36,420 nucleotides of DNA from Pseudomonadota bacterium (GCA_040752215.1 JBFMEX010000044.1:1-36420); one strand, 5' to 3'; counted from the stretch's first letter, positions 1 through 8,734 are shown. Translations and numbers: made by a program. The notes: generated by a model from the sequence alone, not told the origin.

Positions 1-899
1 TCGCCGCGGAGGCCGAGGCCAAGCGAAAGGCCGAGGAGGAGAAGCGCCTCGCCGCGGAGGCGCTCGCCAAGCGCATCGCCGACGACTCCCAGCCCGCTCG
101 CCCAACGACGACGGCGGCCGTCTCCGGCACGCTGGCGCCCGGCGCCGTCAGGCCCGGCACTCCATGCGCCGATGCGCCGTCGATCTCGACCGAGCCGTTG
201 CCGGGCGGGCGGACCCGGATCCTGGTCAGCGCTCCCTGCCGGGCCGGAGAGACCGTCACCGTCTGGTATGGTCCTTTCTCTTTCATTCGCAAGCTCGACA
301 CCTCCGGCCGCCTCGACTACCCGCTCGATCTGTTCATGGGCGAGGGCGTGATCACCCGCGTCGGCTTCGCCGGCGGCAGCGAGGAGCGCATCGTCCCGAG
401 GGCCGACGACATCGCCCAGGTGTCGAAGATCGCCGTCATATGGAAGGCACCGGTCAATCTCGACCTGCACGCGTTCGAGTACCTCGCCCGGCCCGGCGGC
501 CGCGGCCACGTGTGGGCGGGAGCCCCGTCGAGCGGCGAGAAGGCCAAGGCCGAGGCAATCGGCGGCAAGCTTGCGCGCGGCTTCCTGAGCTCGGCCGCCG
601 ACGCCACGACGCTCGGCGACAAGGTCGAGGTCTATACGCTGTGGAATGTTCCGGGCCAGGAATCCGGCGTGGTCTCGACCGTGATCGACTTCGAGACCCG
701 CGGCGAGATGCCGTCCGGCGACACCTGCGGCAACGGAAAGCTCGCTCGTGCCAACTATCGACTGCTGCTGTTCGCCAACAATCAGATTATCGGCGACGAG
801 CAGCGCGCGCTGGCGCCAGCGGCCTGCGGCGAGGCGCTGAGCCGCGAGGTGCGCTTCAATCCCGATACCAGCATGAGCCTAATCGTGCGCAGACAGTAG
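1..899 (+). CDS. hypothetical protein, 5'-partial (N-terminus lies upstream of the window)
   Basis: Frame 3 is open from the first base of the window through the stop at 897-899, so the listed ORF 198..899 is an internal Met. The N-terminal visible part is Glu/Lys/Ala-rich (AEAEAKRKAEEEKRLAAEALAKR). The remainder has no motif I recognise. Confidence 0.5.
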   Translation, partial: AAEAEAKRKAEEEKRLAAEALAKRIADDSQPARPTTTAAVSGTLAPGAVRPGTPCADAPSISTEPLPGGRTRILVSAPCRAGETVTVWYGPFSFIRKLDTSGRLDYPLDLFMGEGVITRVGFAGGSEERIVPRADDIAQVSKIAVIWKAPVNLDLHAFEYLARPGGRGHVWAGAPSSGEKAKAEAIGGKLARGFLSSAADATTLGDKVEVYTLWNVPGQESGVVSTVIDFETRGEMPSGDTCGNGKLARANYRLLLFANNQIIGDEQRALAPAACGEALSREVRFNPDTSMSLIVRRQ

Positions 900-958
900 G
901 TCCGGTGCGCCATTCTCGCAGTCATTCAGCCACGACAGTGGATCACGGGGGGCGAAAC

Positions 959-2578
959 ATGAAGCAGGTGCGCAATCGGCTATCGGCCGGTCTCGCGATC
1001 ATTCTCGGCGTCGCACTCGGTCTGCCCGGCACTGCTGAGTGCGCCGAGGTGAAGCTGCAGCTGAAGGGCGGCGGCTTCGAGATCACCGGCGAGCTGAAAT
1101 CCTTCGATGGCTCCCAGTACGTGATCGATTCCAAGGCCCTTGGCACCATGTCGATCGACGCCACCCGCTTCGACTGCAGCGGCGCGGGTTGCCCCAAGGC
1201 GCCGACCATCTCGCCGGCCGCCTCCATTCGCCGCGCGGCCCCGGTCGAGAATCTCGGAACGACAACCTGGATGGGTGGCAGCGGCATCGGCACCACGTTC
1301 ATGCCCGAGCTGGTCAAATCCTACGCCAAGCAGCAGGGGCTGCTGGTCGCGCAAGGCACCGGCACCGACACGCGCGATCTCGAGTTCACGCTGTCGCGCG
1401 GCTCGGGCCACGAGGTCGGCAAGCTCATCGTCAAGCGCCACGGCGTGCCGCCGGGCTACGAGGGGCTCCGCAGCGGAACCGTCGACGTCGTGTGGACCAG
1501 CGCCCGCATGACCGAACAGGAAGAGCAGAAGCTCGTCGCCGGAGGAATGAAGCCGCTGCGGGTGCCGGGCAGCGAGCATGTCTTCGCCCTCGACGCCATG
1601 GTGCTGCTGGTCGCCAAGGAGAACCCGGCGGTTTCGATTTCGGTCGACAACATCGCCAAGATCTTCTCGGGCCAGGTCACCGATTGGTCCGAGGTCGGTC
1701 TGCCGCCAGGCAAGATCAACGTCTACGCCCCCGTCGATGGCATGGGGCTCCTGATCCACTTCGAGAACACGATCCTGAAGCCGCGCGGTCTGAAGCTCAC
1801 CCCCAACGCCATCCGCACCAAGACCGCGGTCGAGTGGTCCGACCGCGTCGCCGCCGATCCCGCCGGCATCGGCATGCATTTCATCTCGTATATTCGCAAC
1901 GCCAAGGCGCTCAACGTCGAGACCTCGTGCGGCCTCATCACCCGGCCGAGCGTGTTCGCCGCCAAGACCGAGGAGTTCGCGCTCGCTCGCCGCCTGTACC
2001 TCTACAGCAACGGCCAGCCGAAAACTCCGCTCGCCCGCGAGCTCCTGGCCCACGCGCTCTCGCCCGCCGTGCAGGAGGCTCTTCGGGCGGCGGAGTTCGT
2101 CGATCAGGAGCCAGAGCTGCTGCCGTTCCGCGACCAGGGCGCCCGCATCGCCTATGCGCTCAACGCGAGCAGCGAGGATTTCGACATGAACCTGATGCGG
2201 CAGCTGATCTCGGAGGTCACACCCGCGTCGCGGTTCTCCAGCACGCTGCGCTTCGAGGTCAACTCCTCGGCGCTCGACATCAAGGCCAACCAGGACGTCG
2301 ACCGTCTGGCCAAGCTGCTGCAGCTGCCCGAGTTCGCGAGCAAGCCGGTCTTGCTGCTCGGCTTCGCCGACGCGGTCGGATCGTTCGACGCCAACCTGAA
2401 GCTGTCGCAGAAGCGGGCACAGGCCGTCCAGAAGGCGCTGCTCACCGCCGCGCAGGGCCGCATCCCACCCACCCGGTTGCTGGTCAAGGGCTACGGCGAG
2501 CTGGCGCCGGTCGCCTGCAACGACTCGATCGAATCCCGCACTCTGAACCGCCGCGTGGAGATCTGGGTGAGGAACTGA
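959..2578 (+). CDS. PstS-like phosphate-binding domain fused to a C-terminal OmpA-like peptidoglycan-binding domain, with N-terminal signal peptide
   Basis: The ATG at 959 is preceded by a GGGGGG-type RBS. A signal peptide is visible (MKQVRNRLSAGLAIILGVALGLPGTAEC). The middle is PstS/PBP-like (TTWMGGSGIGTTFMPELVKSYA). The C-terminus is OmpA_C-like (LSQKRAQAVQKAL...NRRVEIWV). The upstream 795 nt of listed ORF 164..2578 is Arg-rich out-of-frame overlap with gene 1. Confidence 0.8.
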   Translation: MKQVRNRLSAGLAIILGVALGLPGTAECAEVKLQLKGGGFEITGELKSFDGSQYVIDSKALGTMSIDATRFDCSGAGCPKAPTISPAASIRRAAPVENLGTTTWMGGSGIGTTFMPELVKSYAKQQGLLVAQGTGTDTRDLEFTLSRGSGHEVGKLIVKRHGVPPGYEGLRSGTVDVVWTSARMTEQEEQKLVAGGMKPLRVPGSEHVFALDAMVLLVAKENPAVSISVDNIAKIFSGQVTDWSEVGLPPGKINVYAPVDGMGLLIHFENTILKPRGLKLTPNAIRTKTAVEWSDRVAADPAGIGMHFISYIRNAKALNVETSCGLITRPSVFAAKTEEFALARRLYLYSNGQPKTPLARELLAHALSPAVQEALRAAEFVDQEPELLPFRDQGARIAYALNASSEDFDMNLMRQLISEVTPASRFSSTLRFEVNSSALDIKANQDVDRLAKLLQLPEFASKPVLLLGFADAVGSFDANLKLSQKRAQAVQKALLTAAQGRIPPTRLLVKGYGELAPVACNDSIESRTLNRRVEIWVRN

Positions 2579-2730
2579 CGAGGAGGTTGTCCGCGGCGCC
2601 CGGGGCAGGCGCTCGATCCTGGGTGCTCGATGCGGCGAAACGACCACACGTCGGCAGTGACGCGCACCCGCTCCGTCTCGCGTCACATTGTCGGCCCACT
2701 TGGAACATAGCCGGACGCTCGGCAGCGTAT

Positions 2731-3732
2731 GTGGAGGTTGAATTGTTCCGCCGCTCTTTGTCCCGATACCTCCTCGCCGCGATGTCCCTGCTTCTGTGCG
2801 CGACCGCCACGGCACCCCGCGCCGCGGATTGGCAGCCGACCAAACCGGTCCAGTTCATCATCATGGCCGGCAAGGGCGGCGGTGCCGACCAGGCCGTCCG
2901 CTTCCTGATCGATGTGATCGCCAAGCAGGGCCTGGCGCAGGTACCCTTCGAAGCCGTCAACATCGCCGGCCGCTCCGGCGGTGATGCCATGCTCGAGCTG
3001 CAGAAGCGGGCCGGCGACGACCACTCGATCCTGTTCACGCTGAACAGCTTCTATACGACCCCGCTCGACCAGCCCGACCTCAAGATCGACGTCAGCAAGT
3101 TCACCCCGATCGCCCGCCTCGCCGAGGACGTGTTCCTGTTGTGGGTCAACGCCGATCGCAAGGACATCAATACGATCGAGGAGTTCGTCGCCGCCGCCAA
3201 GGCCAAGGGCAAGGAATGGGTGATGGCAGGCACCGGCAAGGGCGCCGAGGACGAACTGCTGACCGAGATGCTGAATGCGACCTACGACCTCCAGATGTCG
3301 TACAAGTCCTTCGGCGGCGGCGGCGAGGTGGCCAAGGAACTGGCCGAGAAGCGCGCCGACTCGACCGTGAACAATCCCTCGGAACAGAACAATTTCTACC
3401 CCAAGGGCCTGACCAAGCCGATCGTCGCCATCACCCCGCAGCGGCTGAAGCAGTACCTGAAGACGCCGACCCTGCGCGAGACAGGCATGGACTTCCACTA
3501 CTTCATGCAGCGTTCCGTCGTCGGCACGCCCGGCATGAGCGCGCCCGCGCGCGCCTACTACGTCGCGCTGTTCGACAAGCTGTTCAAAAGCACCGACTGG
3601 CAGGAGTATCGGGCCAAGAACAGCCTCGGCGGCGACCTTCTGACCGGACCGCAGCTGATGAGCTACTGGCTCGCCGAGCGCGAGAAGCACGCACGCTGGA
3701 AGATGGCTATCGGCCTGATGCGGCCGAAATAG
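2731..3732 (+). CDS. TctC/Bug family tripartite tricarboxylate transporter substrate-binding protein (orphan)
   Basis: A Bug-family signature is present (QFIIMAGKGGGADQAVRFL). The N-terminus is signal-like (LLAAMSLLLCATATAPRAADW). The start is ambiguous (GTG 2731, TTG 2743 or ATG 2782). The listed ORF 1039..3732 is a spurious N-terminal extension. Confidence 0.8.
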   Translation: MEVELFRRSLSRYLLAAMSLLLCATATAPRAADWQPTKPVQFIIMAGKGGGADQAVRFLIDVIAKQGLAQVPFEAVNIAGRSGGDAMLELQKRAGDDHSILFTLNSFYTTPLDQPDLKIDVSKFTPIARLAEDVFLLWVNADRKDINTIEEFVAAAKAKGKEWVMAGTGKGAEDELLTEMLNATYDLQMSYKSFGGGGEVAKELAEKRADSTVNNPSEQNNFYPKGLTKPIVAITPQRLKQYLKTPTLRETGMDFHYFMQRSVVGTPGMSAPARAYYVALFDKLFKSTDWQEYRAKNSLGGDLLTGPQLMSYWLAEREKHARWKMAIGLMRPK

Positions 3733-3852
3733 CAGAGGTCAAGCCGGTGCGCGAAAGCTTCGACCTGTTGCCCGCGTTGGCCAGCGCGCCGGCATTTGTT
3801 CCTCTTCGCGCGCGGCCCGCGGCGAAACGAATCCGACGCCCGCTCCGGGATG

Positions 3853-5553
3853 TCACGCGACCGCGAGCGGCGCCGGGCTTTCCGGGCTCCTTGGCTCAGT
3901 GCATTCGAGCGGCGCATCGTCGAAGCCAAGACCGAGATCCTGCCCCATGTGGATCATGGCTCGCTCGGCGAGCGCGGTGATCGTCAGCAGTGGATTGACG
4001 CCGAGCGAGCGCGGCATCACCGAACCGTCCATCACGTAGAGCCCGGCGTGCACGTCGGCCGAGCCGCGCCCCGGCCGCGCGTCGAGCACGCGCCCCTTGT
4101 GATCGACGACCCCGTCGCTGCGATCGCGGCCCATGCCGCAGCCGCCGAGCGGATGCGCCGTCGCCGGCTGGTGCCCCATCACCGTGCCGGCGAGCGGGTT
4201 CTTGACGTAATCGCCGCCAGCCGCTTTCACGAGCGCGTCGAGCATCGCGTCGAGCCGCGCGTAGACCGGCTCATCCTTGGCGCCGGGCCAGGCAAGCACG
4301 AGCCGGTCATCCTCGAGTCGGAAGTATCCCGAGGCACTGTCGTGAGAGACGGCAAAGAACGTCTGCAGGCGCGCGAACGGCCCCTTGTAGACGCCGGCGA
4401 CCAGGCTCTGTAGCGCGCCGAGCAGGCGGCCGTTCGGCACGAACAGCACCGGCAGCACCGGCGCGATCGCCGACGGCAGCACGCCCTCCTGAACGCACAT
4501 CTGCCGTGCGAGATCGAGCTCGTCACGGATCTCGATCTGGCCCGACACCGCGGCGCCGATCTCCAGCCCCTCGATCCGCGCCGGATGACCGACGCCGACC
4601 GCGTTGACCGGCTCCCTGGCGCCATAGCCGAACGCGATGATGTCACCGTTGGCCGAGAACCGCTGGCCGAGGGCGTCGGACAGCGCGAGGCCCTTCTCGC
4701 GCGAGCGCAGCAGGATTTCCGTCGACCCGAGCGTGCCGGCTGCCAGCACGACCATCGCCGCCGTGAGCTCGATCGCGCGCCATGCCTCGCCCTTGGCGCC
4801 GCCGAGACGATCCGCGTGAACCCGCCAGCCGCCGCCCGGCTCCGGTGCGATGTAGCGCACCTTGATCTCGGTGAACATTTCCGCCCCATGCGCTGCGGCA
4901 TCCGGAAGGTAGGTCAGCGCCACCGTATTCTTGGCACCGACGTTGCAGCCGCCGCAGCAGTCGCCGCAGCGCGTGCAGGCGGGTTGGCGGATGCCAGCGG
5001 CGTTGACCCGCTCCTCGAACGACACGACAACCCTCGACGCCACCATGTCTTGGCCGAGCGCGCGTCCCGCCGCTTCGAGCGCCCGGAACTTCGTCAGCTC
5101 CCCCGCGCGTGGATCGCTCGCCGGCGCCAGCCAGCGCTCGGCGCGCGCGTAGCCGGCGTCCAGCAGGCCGTCCTGCGCGATCTGCCCCGGCCACACGGGA
5201 TCTGCGAAGACGCGCGCATCGGGCCGCAGCGCGACGCCGGCATTGACCAGCGAGCCGCCGCCGAGGCCGCAACCGACCAGCACGTGCATGTCCTCGCCGA
5301 GCCTGACGTCGAACAGCGCCGTATCGGGACCGGTCGCGACCCGCTTGCCGCGCACCTGCAGGTCGTTCTTGAGATCGGGGAAGCGGGCAGGAAACCCGCC
5401 CGTCACCACCTCGCGGCCGCGCTCCAGCACACACACCCGCTTGCCCGCGCGCGCCAGTCGCGAGGCCGCGACCCCGCCGCCGTAGCCCGATCCGACCACG
5501 ATCACGTCGTAGTGGCTGCGCAGGCGGTCGAGCGGCGTTGCCAGTGTGCCCAT
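3853..5553 (-). CDS. GMC-family FAD-dependent oxidoreductase (cholesterol-oxidase/choline-dehydrogenase-like)
   Basis: The N-terminus has an FAD Rossmann motif (YDVIVVGSGYGGGVAASRLARAGKRVCVLERG). The C-terminal GMC active-site region is present (HPLGGCGMG...NPLLTITALAERA). The ATG at 5553 has a GGGGAG RBS; the listed 5565 start is a TTG. Confidence 0.85.
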   Translation of the reverse strand: MGTLATPLDRLRSHYDVIVVGSGYGGGVAASRLARAGKRVCVLERGREVVTGGFPARFPDLKNDLQVRGKRVATGPDTALFDVRLGEDMHVLVGCGLGGGSLVNAGVALRPDARVFADPVWPGQIAQDGLLDAGYARAERWLAPASDPRAGELTKFRALEAAGRALGQDMVASRVVVSFEERVNAAGIRQPACTRCGDCCGGCNVGAKNTVALTYLPDAAAHGAEMFTEIKVRYIAPEPGGGWRVHADRLGGAKGEAWRAIELTAAMVVLAAGTLGSTEILLRSREKGLALSDALGQRFSANGDIIAFGYGAREPVNAVGVGHPARIEGLEIGAAVSGQIEIRDELDLARQMCVQEGVLPSAIAPVLPVLFVPNGRLLGALQSLVAGVYKGPFARLQTFFAVSHDSASGYFRLEDDRLVLAWPGAKDEPVYARLDAMLDALVKAAGGDYVKNPLAGTVMGHQPATAHPLGGCGMGRDRSDGVVDHKGRVLDARPGRGSADVHAGLYVMDGSVMPRSLGVNPLLTITALAERAMIHMGQDLGLGFDDAPLECTEPRSPESPAPLAVA

Positions 5554-5852
5554 GATCTCCCCCAAGGCTGCTCGCTAGCTGGCTAGCCGACACCGGGGGC
5601 AGTGCGCAAGGCACCGGATAGGTTATGGCCAACGCGGCGCTGGACGAGAGCAAGACCGTCGGCTGAATTTCGCCCGAATTCTCGCCTCTAACGCCGCTCC
5701 CTTTGGGACACCACGTGTCCGGGCTCGCCGAGACCCGGCTGGCGCGCACCGCCTTGCGGAGGGCGTGTTCCGTGTCCTTTCGGGTCCGAGGCTGCCGCAG
5801 TCGGGCGGGCCGGCGACGGCCGGTCAGGGGTTCGAGGCCCTTCAGCTTCTCC

Positions 5853-5925
5853 AAACGGCTAGCTCAGTGGGTAGAGCGCAAGGCTTGTCACCTTGATGTC
5901 GTGGGTTCGATTCCCATGCCAAATC
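5853..5925 (+). tRNA. tRNA-like element resembling tRNA-Thr(UGU); acceptor stem does not pair, so a pseudo-tRNA or degenerate tRNA is possible
   Basis: The D-arm (GCTC-AGTGGGTA-GAGC), anticodon arm (CAAGG-CTTGTCA-CCTTG, anticodon TGT, with an unusual C at position 37) and T-arm (GTGGG-TTCGATT-CCCAT) are clean. The 5' strand AAACGGC and 3' strand GCCAAAT give only 4 of 7 acceptor base pairs. No CCA is encoded. Confidence 0.45.
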
Positions 5926-6251
5926 GCCTGAACCGCGATTCGCACGTCTCACGGGGCCCGGGCGCGCCACCAGCCCGAGCGGCCAATCCCGAGGCTCCGG
6001 CCGGAGGTGCGGTTGCGACGGCGAGCGGCGATGCGCCTTGTGCCGCGGCGGATACCGCCCAGTGCGCGAGGCCGGAGCCTCTGGCCCCGGCATCCCGGCT
6101 CCTCGAAGCGGGGATGTCCTGAGCCCGGGTGCAGAAGGCCGAGCACCTGGGCTCAAGCTGCGGCCCGTGGCATCGTCGTGGCGGAGCGCCCGGTGCTCCT
6201 GGCCGGCCACCGGATGTCGTTTGATGCACGCAGGACTATTTGGAGCGCGTC

Positions 6252-7409
6252 ATGATGAGGAACGCTTTGTGGACCACCGTCGTCGTCAAGGAAGACGAGC
6301 GCGCATTCCTGCTGCGTGACGGCAAGCTCGTGCGCCTGCTCGGCCCGGGCCGCTTCAGCGAGCTCGACCCCTTCGGCCGCCTCGAGGCCCAGATCGTGCG
6401 CATCGTGCGCGCCGAAATCGCGCCCGAGACGGCATTGCTCTACGAGAAGACCGAGCCCAGGCTCGCGGACGAGAATTTCGAGATCGTGCAGACCGGCCCC
6501 AACGAGGTCGCCATCGTTTCGTTCGACGGCGAGCCGCGGCATCTCGTCGTACCGAATACCACACGCGCCTTCTGGAAGACGCTGACCCAGGTCGACGTCG
6601 AGCGCATCGATGCGGCGAGCGCGATCAGGGTCGAGAAGCGCCATCTCGACAAGATCAATGCGGCCCAGGTGCCGGCGGTCGTCAGCGCCGTCGTCGAGGC
6701 GCACGAGGCCGGCCTGCTGATCGTCGACGGCAAGCTCGAGGAGCGGCTGCCGCCCGGCCGGCATGCGTTCTGGGCGGTCGGCCGCGTCGTCAGGATCGCC
6801 AAGGTCGACCTCAGGCCGCAGCCGATCGAGGTGACCGCGCAGGAGATCCTGACCAAGGACCGCGTCGGCATCCGCGTCACGCTGACCGCGTTCTACAAAA
6901 TCGTCGACCCGGAGAAGGCGGTGCTGTCCTCGCCCGACATCGGCGGCACGCTCTACCGCCACGTCCAGTTCGCGATCCGCGAGGCGGTGGCGACCCGCAC
7001 GCTCGACGACATCCTCGCCGCCCGCGATACCATCGATCGCGAGGTGCGCGCGTTCGTCGCCACCCGCGCCGTCGACCTCGGCGCCGAGATCGGCGAGATC
7101 GGCGTCAAGGACGTGATCCTGCCGGGCGACGTGCGCGACCTCCTGAACAAGGTTGTCGAGGCCGAGCGGATCGCCAAAGCGAATCTGATCCGCCGCCAGG
7201 AGGAGACAGCGGCGACGCGCTCGCTGCTCAACACCGCGCGGTTGATGGACGACAACCCGCTGCTGCTGCGCCTCAAAGAGCTCGAGGCCTTGGAGAAGCT
7301 GGTCGAGAAGGTCGGCCGCATCGACCTGCACACCGGCGCCGGTGCCGGCGGCTTCGACGCGCTCCTGCAGGGCCTCTACAAGCTCGGCCGCGACAAGGAG
7401 GAGAAGTGA
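6252..7409 (+). CDS. SPFH/band-7 (stomatin-prohibitin-like) domain protein, no predicted transmembrane segment
   Basis: The ATG at 6252 has a GGAG 7 nt upstream; the listed 6240 start is TTG. The C-terminal half is SPFH-like (IEVTAQEILTKDRVGIRVTLTAFYKIVDPEKAV...EAERIAKANLIRRQEE). The N-terminal half repeats the SPFH-start motif. Confidence 0.75.
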   Translation: MMRNALWTTVVVKEDERAFLLRDGKLVRLLGPGRFSELDPFGRLEAQIVRIVRAEIAPETALLYEKTEPRLADENFEIVQTGPNEVAIVSFDGEPRHLVVPNTTRAFWKTLTQVDVERIDAASAIRVEKRHLDKINAAQVPAVVSAVVEAHEAGLLIVDGKLEERLPPGRHAFWAVGRVVRIAKVDLRPQPIEVTAQEILTKDRVGIRVTLTAFYKIVDPEKAVLSSPDIGGTLYRHVQFAIREAVATRTLDDILAARDTIDREVRAFVATRAVDLGAEIGEIGVKDVILPGDVRDLLNKVVEAERIAKANLIRRQEETAATRSLLNTARLMDDNPLLLRLKELEALEKLVEKVGRIDLHTGAGAGGFDALLQGLYKLGRDKEEK

Positions 7410-7537
7410 GGAGTGACAACAACGGGCAAGAATCTCGATCTGCGCCGCCGCCGGCCGCGCGTGGCGGCCAGCTCTCGGAACGCGAGCCGGCACGCGCAAA
7501 GAAATGAGCCACTGGCGTGGCGGCAAGCGGCCGTCGC

Positions 7538-8470
7538 TCACGCCGCGTGGCTGTGTGCCTCGAGGCCGCCCGGGATCTCGCGCCGCTCGAGCCCGCCCGA
7601 TTCGAGCCACGCCGCGGTGCTGGCCTCGGCGCGCGCGATCAGCGCATCCGTGCGCGAGAAATCGTACGGCGAGCCATCGAGCGGGCACAGCGGCGGCACG
7701 ATCGCGTAGTCGATGCCGGCGTCCAGCGCCTCCAACTCGCCGACCAGCTGGCGCGCGATCAGCAGCGTCAGTGCGTGCAGGGCGCTTGCGATCGCGCCGC
7801 GCGGCGGGCCGGAGAGAGCGCAGGCGAACCCGGTCGGCAGCACGACCAGACGCCGCGCACCCTTGGCGACAGCAATCCTGACCGGCGTGTTGGAGGTCAA
7901 TGCACCGTCAGCGAGGTAATGGCCTGCCAGAGCGACCGGCGGAAACGCGGCGGGTATCGCACACGAGGCGACGATCGCCTCCGCCGCCGGCCCCTCGCTC
8001 AGCACCACCGCCGCGCCGGACAGGATGTCGGTCGCGACGATGTGCACCGGCAACGCCGCCCCCTCGAGCCGCTCGAACGGCAGGTTGGATTCGACGAGGC
8101 GCATCAGGCGCGCATTGCTGACCAGGTGATCGCGCCGCCACAGGAAGCCGGCCAGACCCCGCCAGCCGAGCGGAAACACGTCGTCGCGGCGGATCGAGCG
8201 CCACAGGCGCTCCAGCTCGGCGATGCCGTCCGCCGTCGGCCGGCCTGCATAGTAGGCGGCGTTGATGGCGCCCACGCTCGAGCCGACGACCATGTCGGCC
8301 GCGACGCCCGCCGCCGCGAGCACCTTCAGCATGCCGACCTGGATCGCGCCGAAGCTGCCGCCCCCGGCGAGCACGAATGCGGTTGTTGGCTGGCCGGTGC
8401 GGGCATTCATGGGGGCGCCATCGTTTGTCGCGGTCGCCAACATGCTCGCGCCGGACGTATCCGGCCGCAA
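7538..8470 (-). CDS. patatin-like phospholipase family protein
   Basis: The oxyanion motif AFVLAGGGSFGA, the GxSxG nucleophile motif (VGSSVG) and the DGA catalytic-Asp motif (YLADGAL) are all present. The start may instead be the internal Met at about 8410. Confidence 0.8.
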   Translation of the reverse strand: MRPDTSGASMLATATNDGAPMNARTGQPTTAFVLAGGGSFGAIQVGMLKVLAAAGVAADMVVGSSVGAINAAYYAGRPTADGIAELERLWRSIRRDDVFPLGWRGLAGFLWRRDHLVSNARLMRLVESNLPFERLEGAALPVHIVATDILSGAAVVLSEGPAAEAIVASCAIPAAFPPVALAGHYLADGALTSNTPVRIAVAKGARRLVVLPTGFACALSGPPRGAIASALHALTLLIARQLVGELEALDAGIDYAIVPPLCPLDGSPYDFSRTDALIARAEASTAAWLESGGLERREIPGGLEAHSHAA

Positions 8471-8614
8471 GCCAAGCCGCCGTGAGGGGGACGTGATCGA
8501 CCGTGTCGGGTCGCTCGGGCCGAGCGGTCACTCGATACTTGCACCCCGGCCCCAGACTTCGCGGGATATGTCCAATCCGGCCGCTTTCGCCAGGCGATAG
8601 AAGCAACAATTCGA

Positions 8615-8647
8615 GCGTCATCCCGGCGCAGGCCGGGATCCGGTCAC
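8615..8647. repeat. REP-like palindromic intergenic repeat, copy 1
   Basis: The sequence gcgtcatcccggcgcaggccgggatccggtcac has an internal hairpin (cccggc-gca-ggccggg). Its translations give the well-known spurious peptide motifs VIPAQAGI (+) and RIPACAGMT (-). Confidence 0.7.
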
Positions 8648-8667
8648 GACAGCGTCGCGCACGACAG

Positions 8668-8698
8668 AGCCCCGGACAGGCCCGGGCCTTCGCCGGGG
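8668..8698. repeat. GC-rich hairpin between the two REP-like copies
   Basis: An inverted repeat ccccgg...ccgggg lies inside the unit cccggacaggcccgggccttcgccgggg. Confidence 0.4.
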
Positions 8699-8734
8699 TG
8701 ACGGCGTGGTAGGGTGACGGGAGCCGGTATTCGG

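Noticed and set aside
980-3690. Minus-strand ORFs 980..2815 (611 aa) and 2683..3690 (335 aa) antisense to PstS-OmpA and TctC
   Set aside because: These are Arg/Ala/Gly-rich with no motifs and are fully antisense to well-supported genes.
164-3732. Very long listed ORFs 164..2578 (804 aa) and 1039..3732 (897 aa)
   Set aside because: Their C-terminal parts are the PstS-OmpA and TctC genes. The N-terminal extensions are Arg/Gly/Pro-rich and overlap the neighbouring gene in another frame, which is typical read-through in GC-rich DNA. Genes were trimmed to internal starts with signal peptides.
4585-5854. ORFs 4585..5586 (+), 4643..5854 (-) and 4227..4901 (-) overlapping the GMC oxidoreductase
   Set aside because: These are alternative frames or antisense of a gene with clear FAD and GMC motifs, and their composition is Arg-rich junk. 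The minus-strand one also reads through the tRNA-like element.
5853-8470. Genomic island or integrative element inserted at the tRNA-like locus
   Set aside because: I found no integrase, no transposase, no duplicated 3' tRNA segment and no compositional shift. The flanking genes (SPFH, patatin, ChaC, tyrC/hisC) look like core genes.
6153-8485. ORF 6153..7688 (-, 511 aa) and ORF 7517..8485 (+, 322 aa)
   Set aside because: These are antisense to the SPFH and patatin genes respectively, with low-complexity Arg-rich translations.
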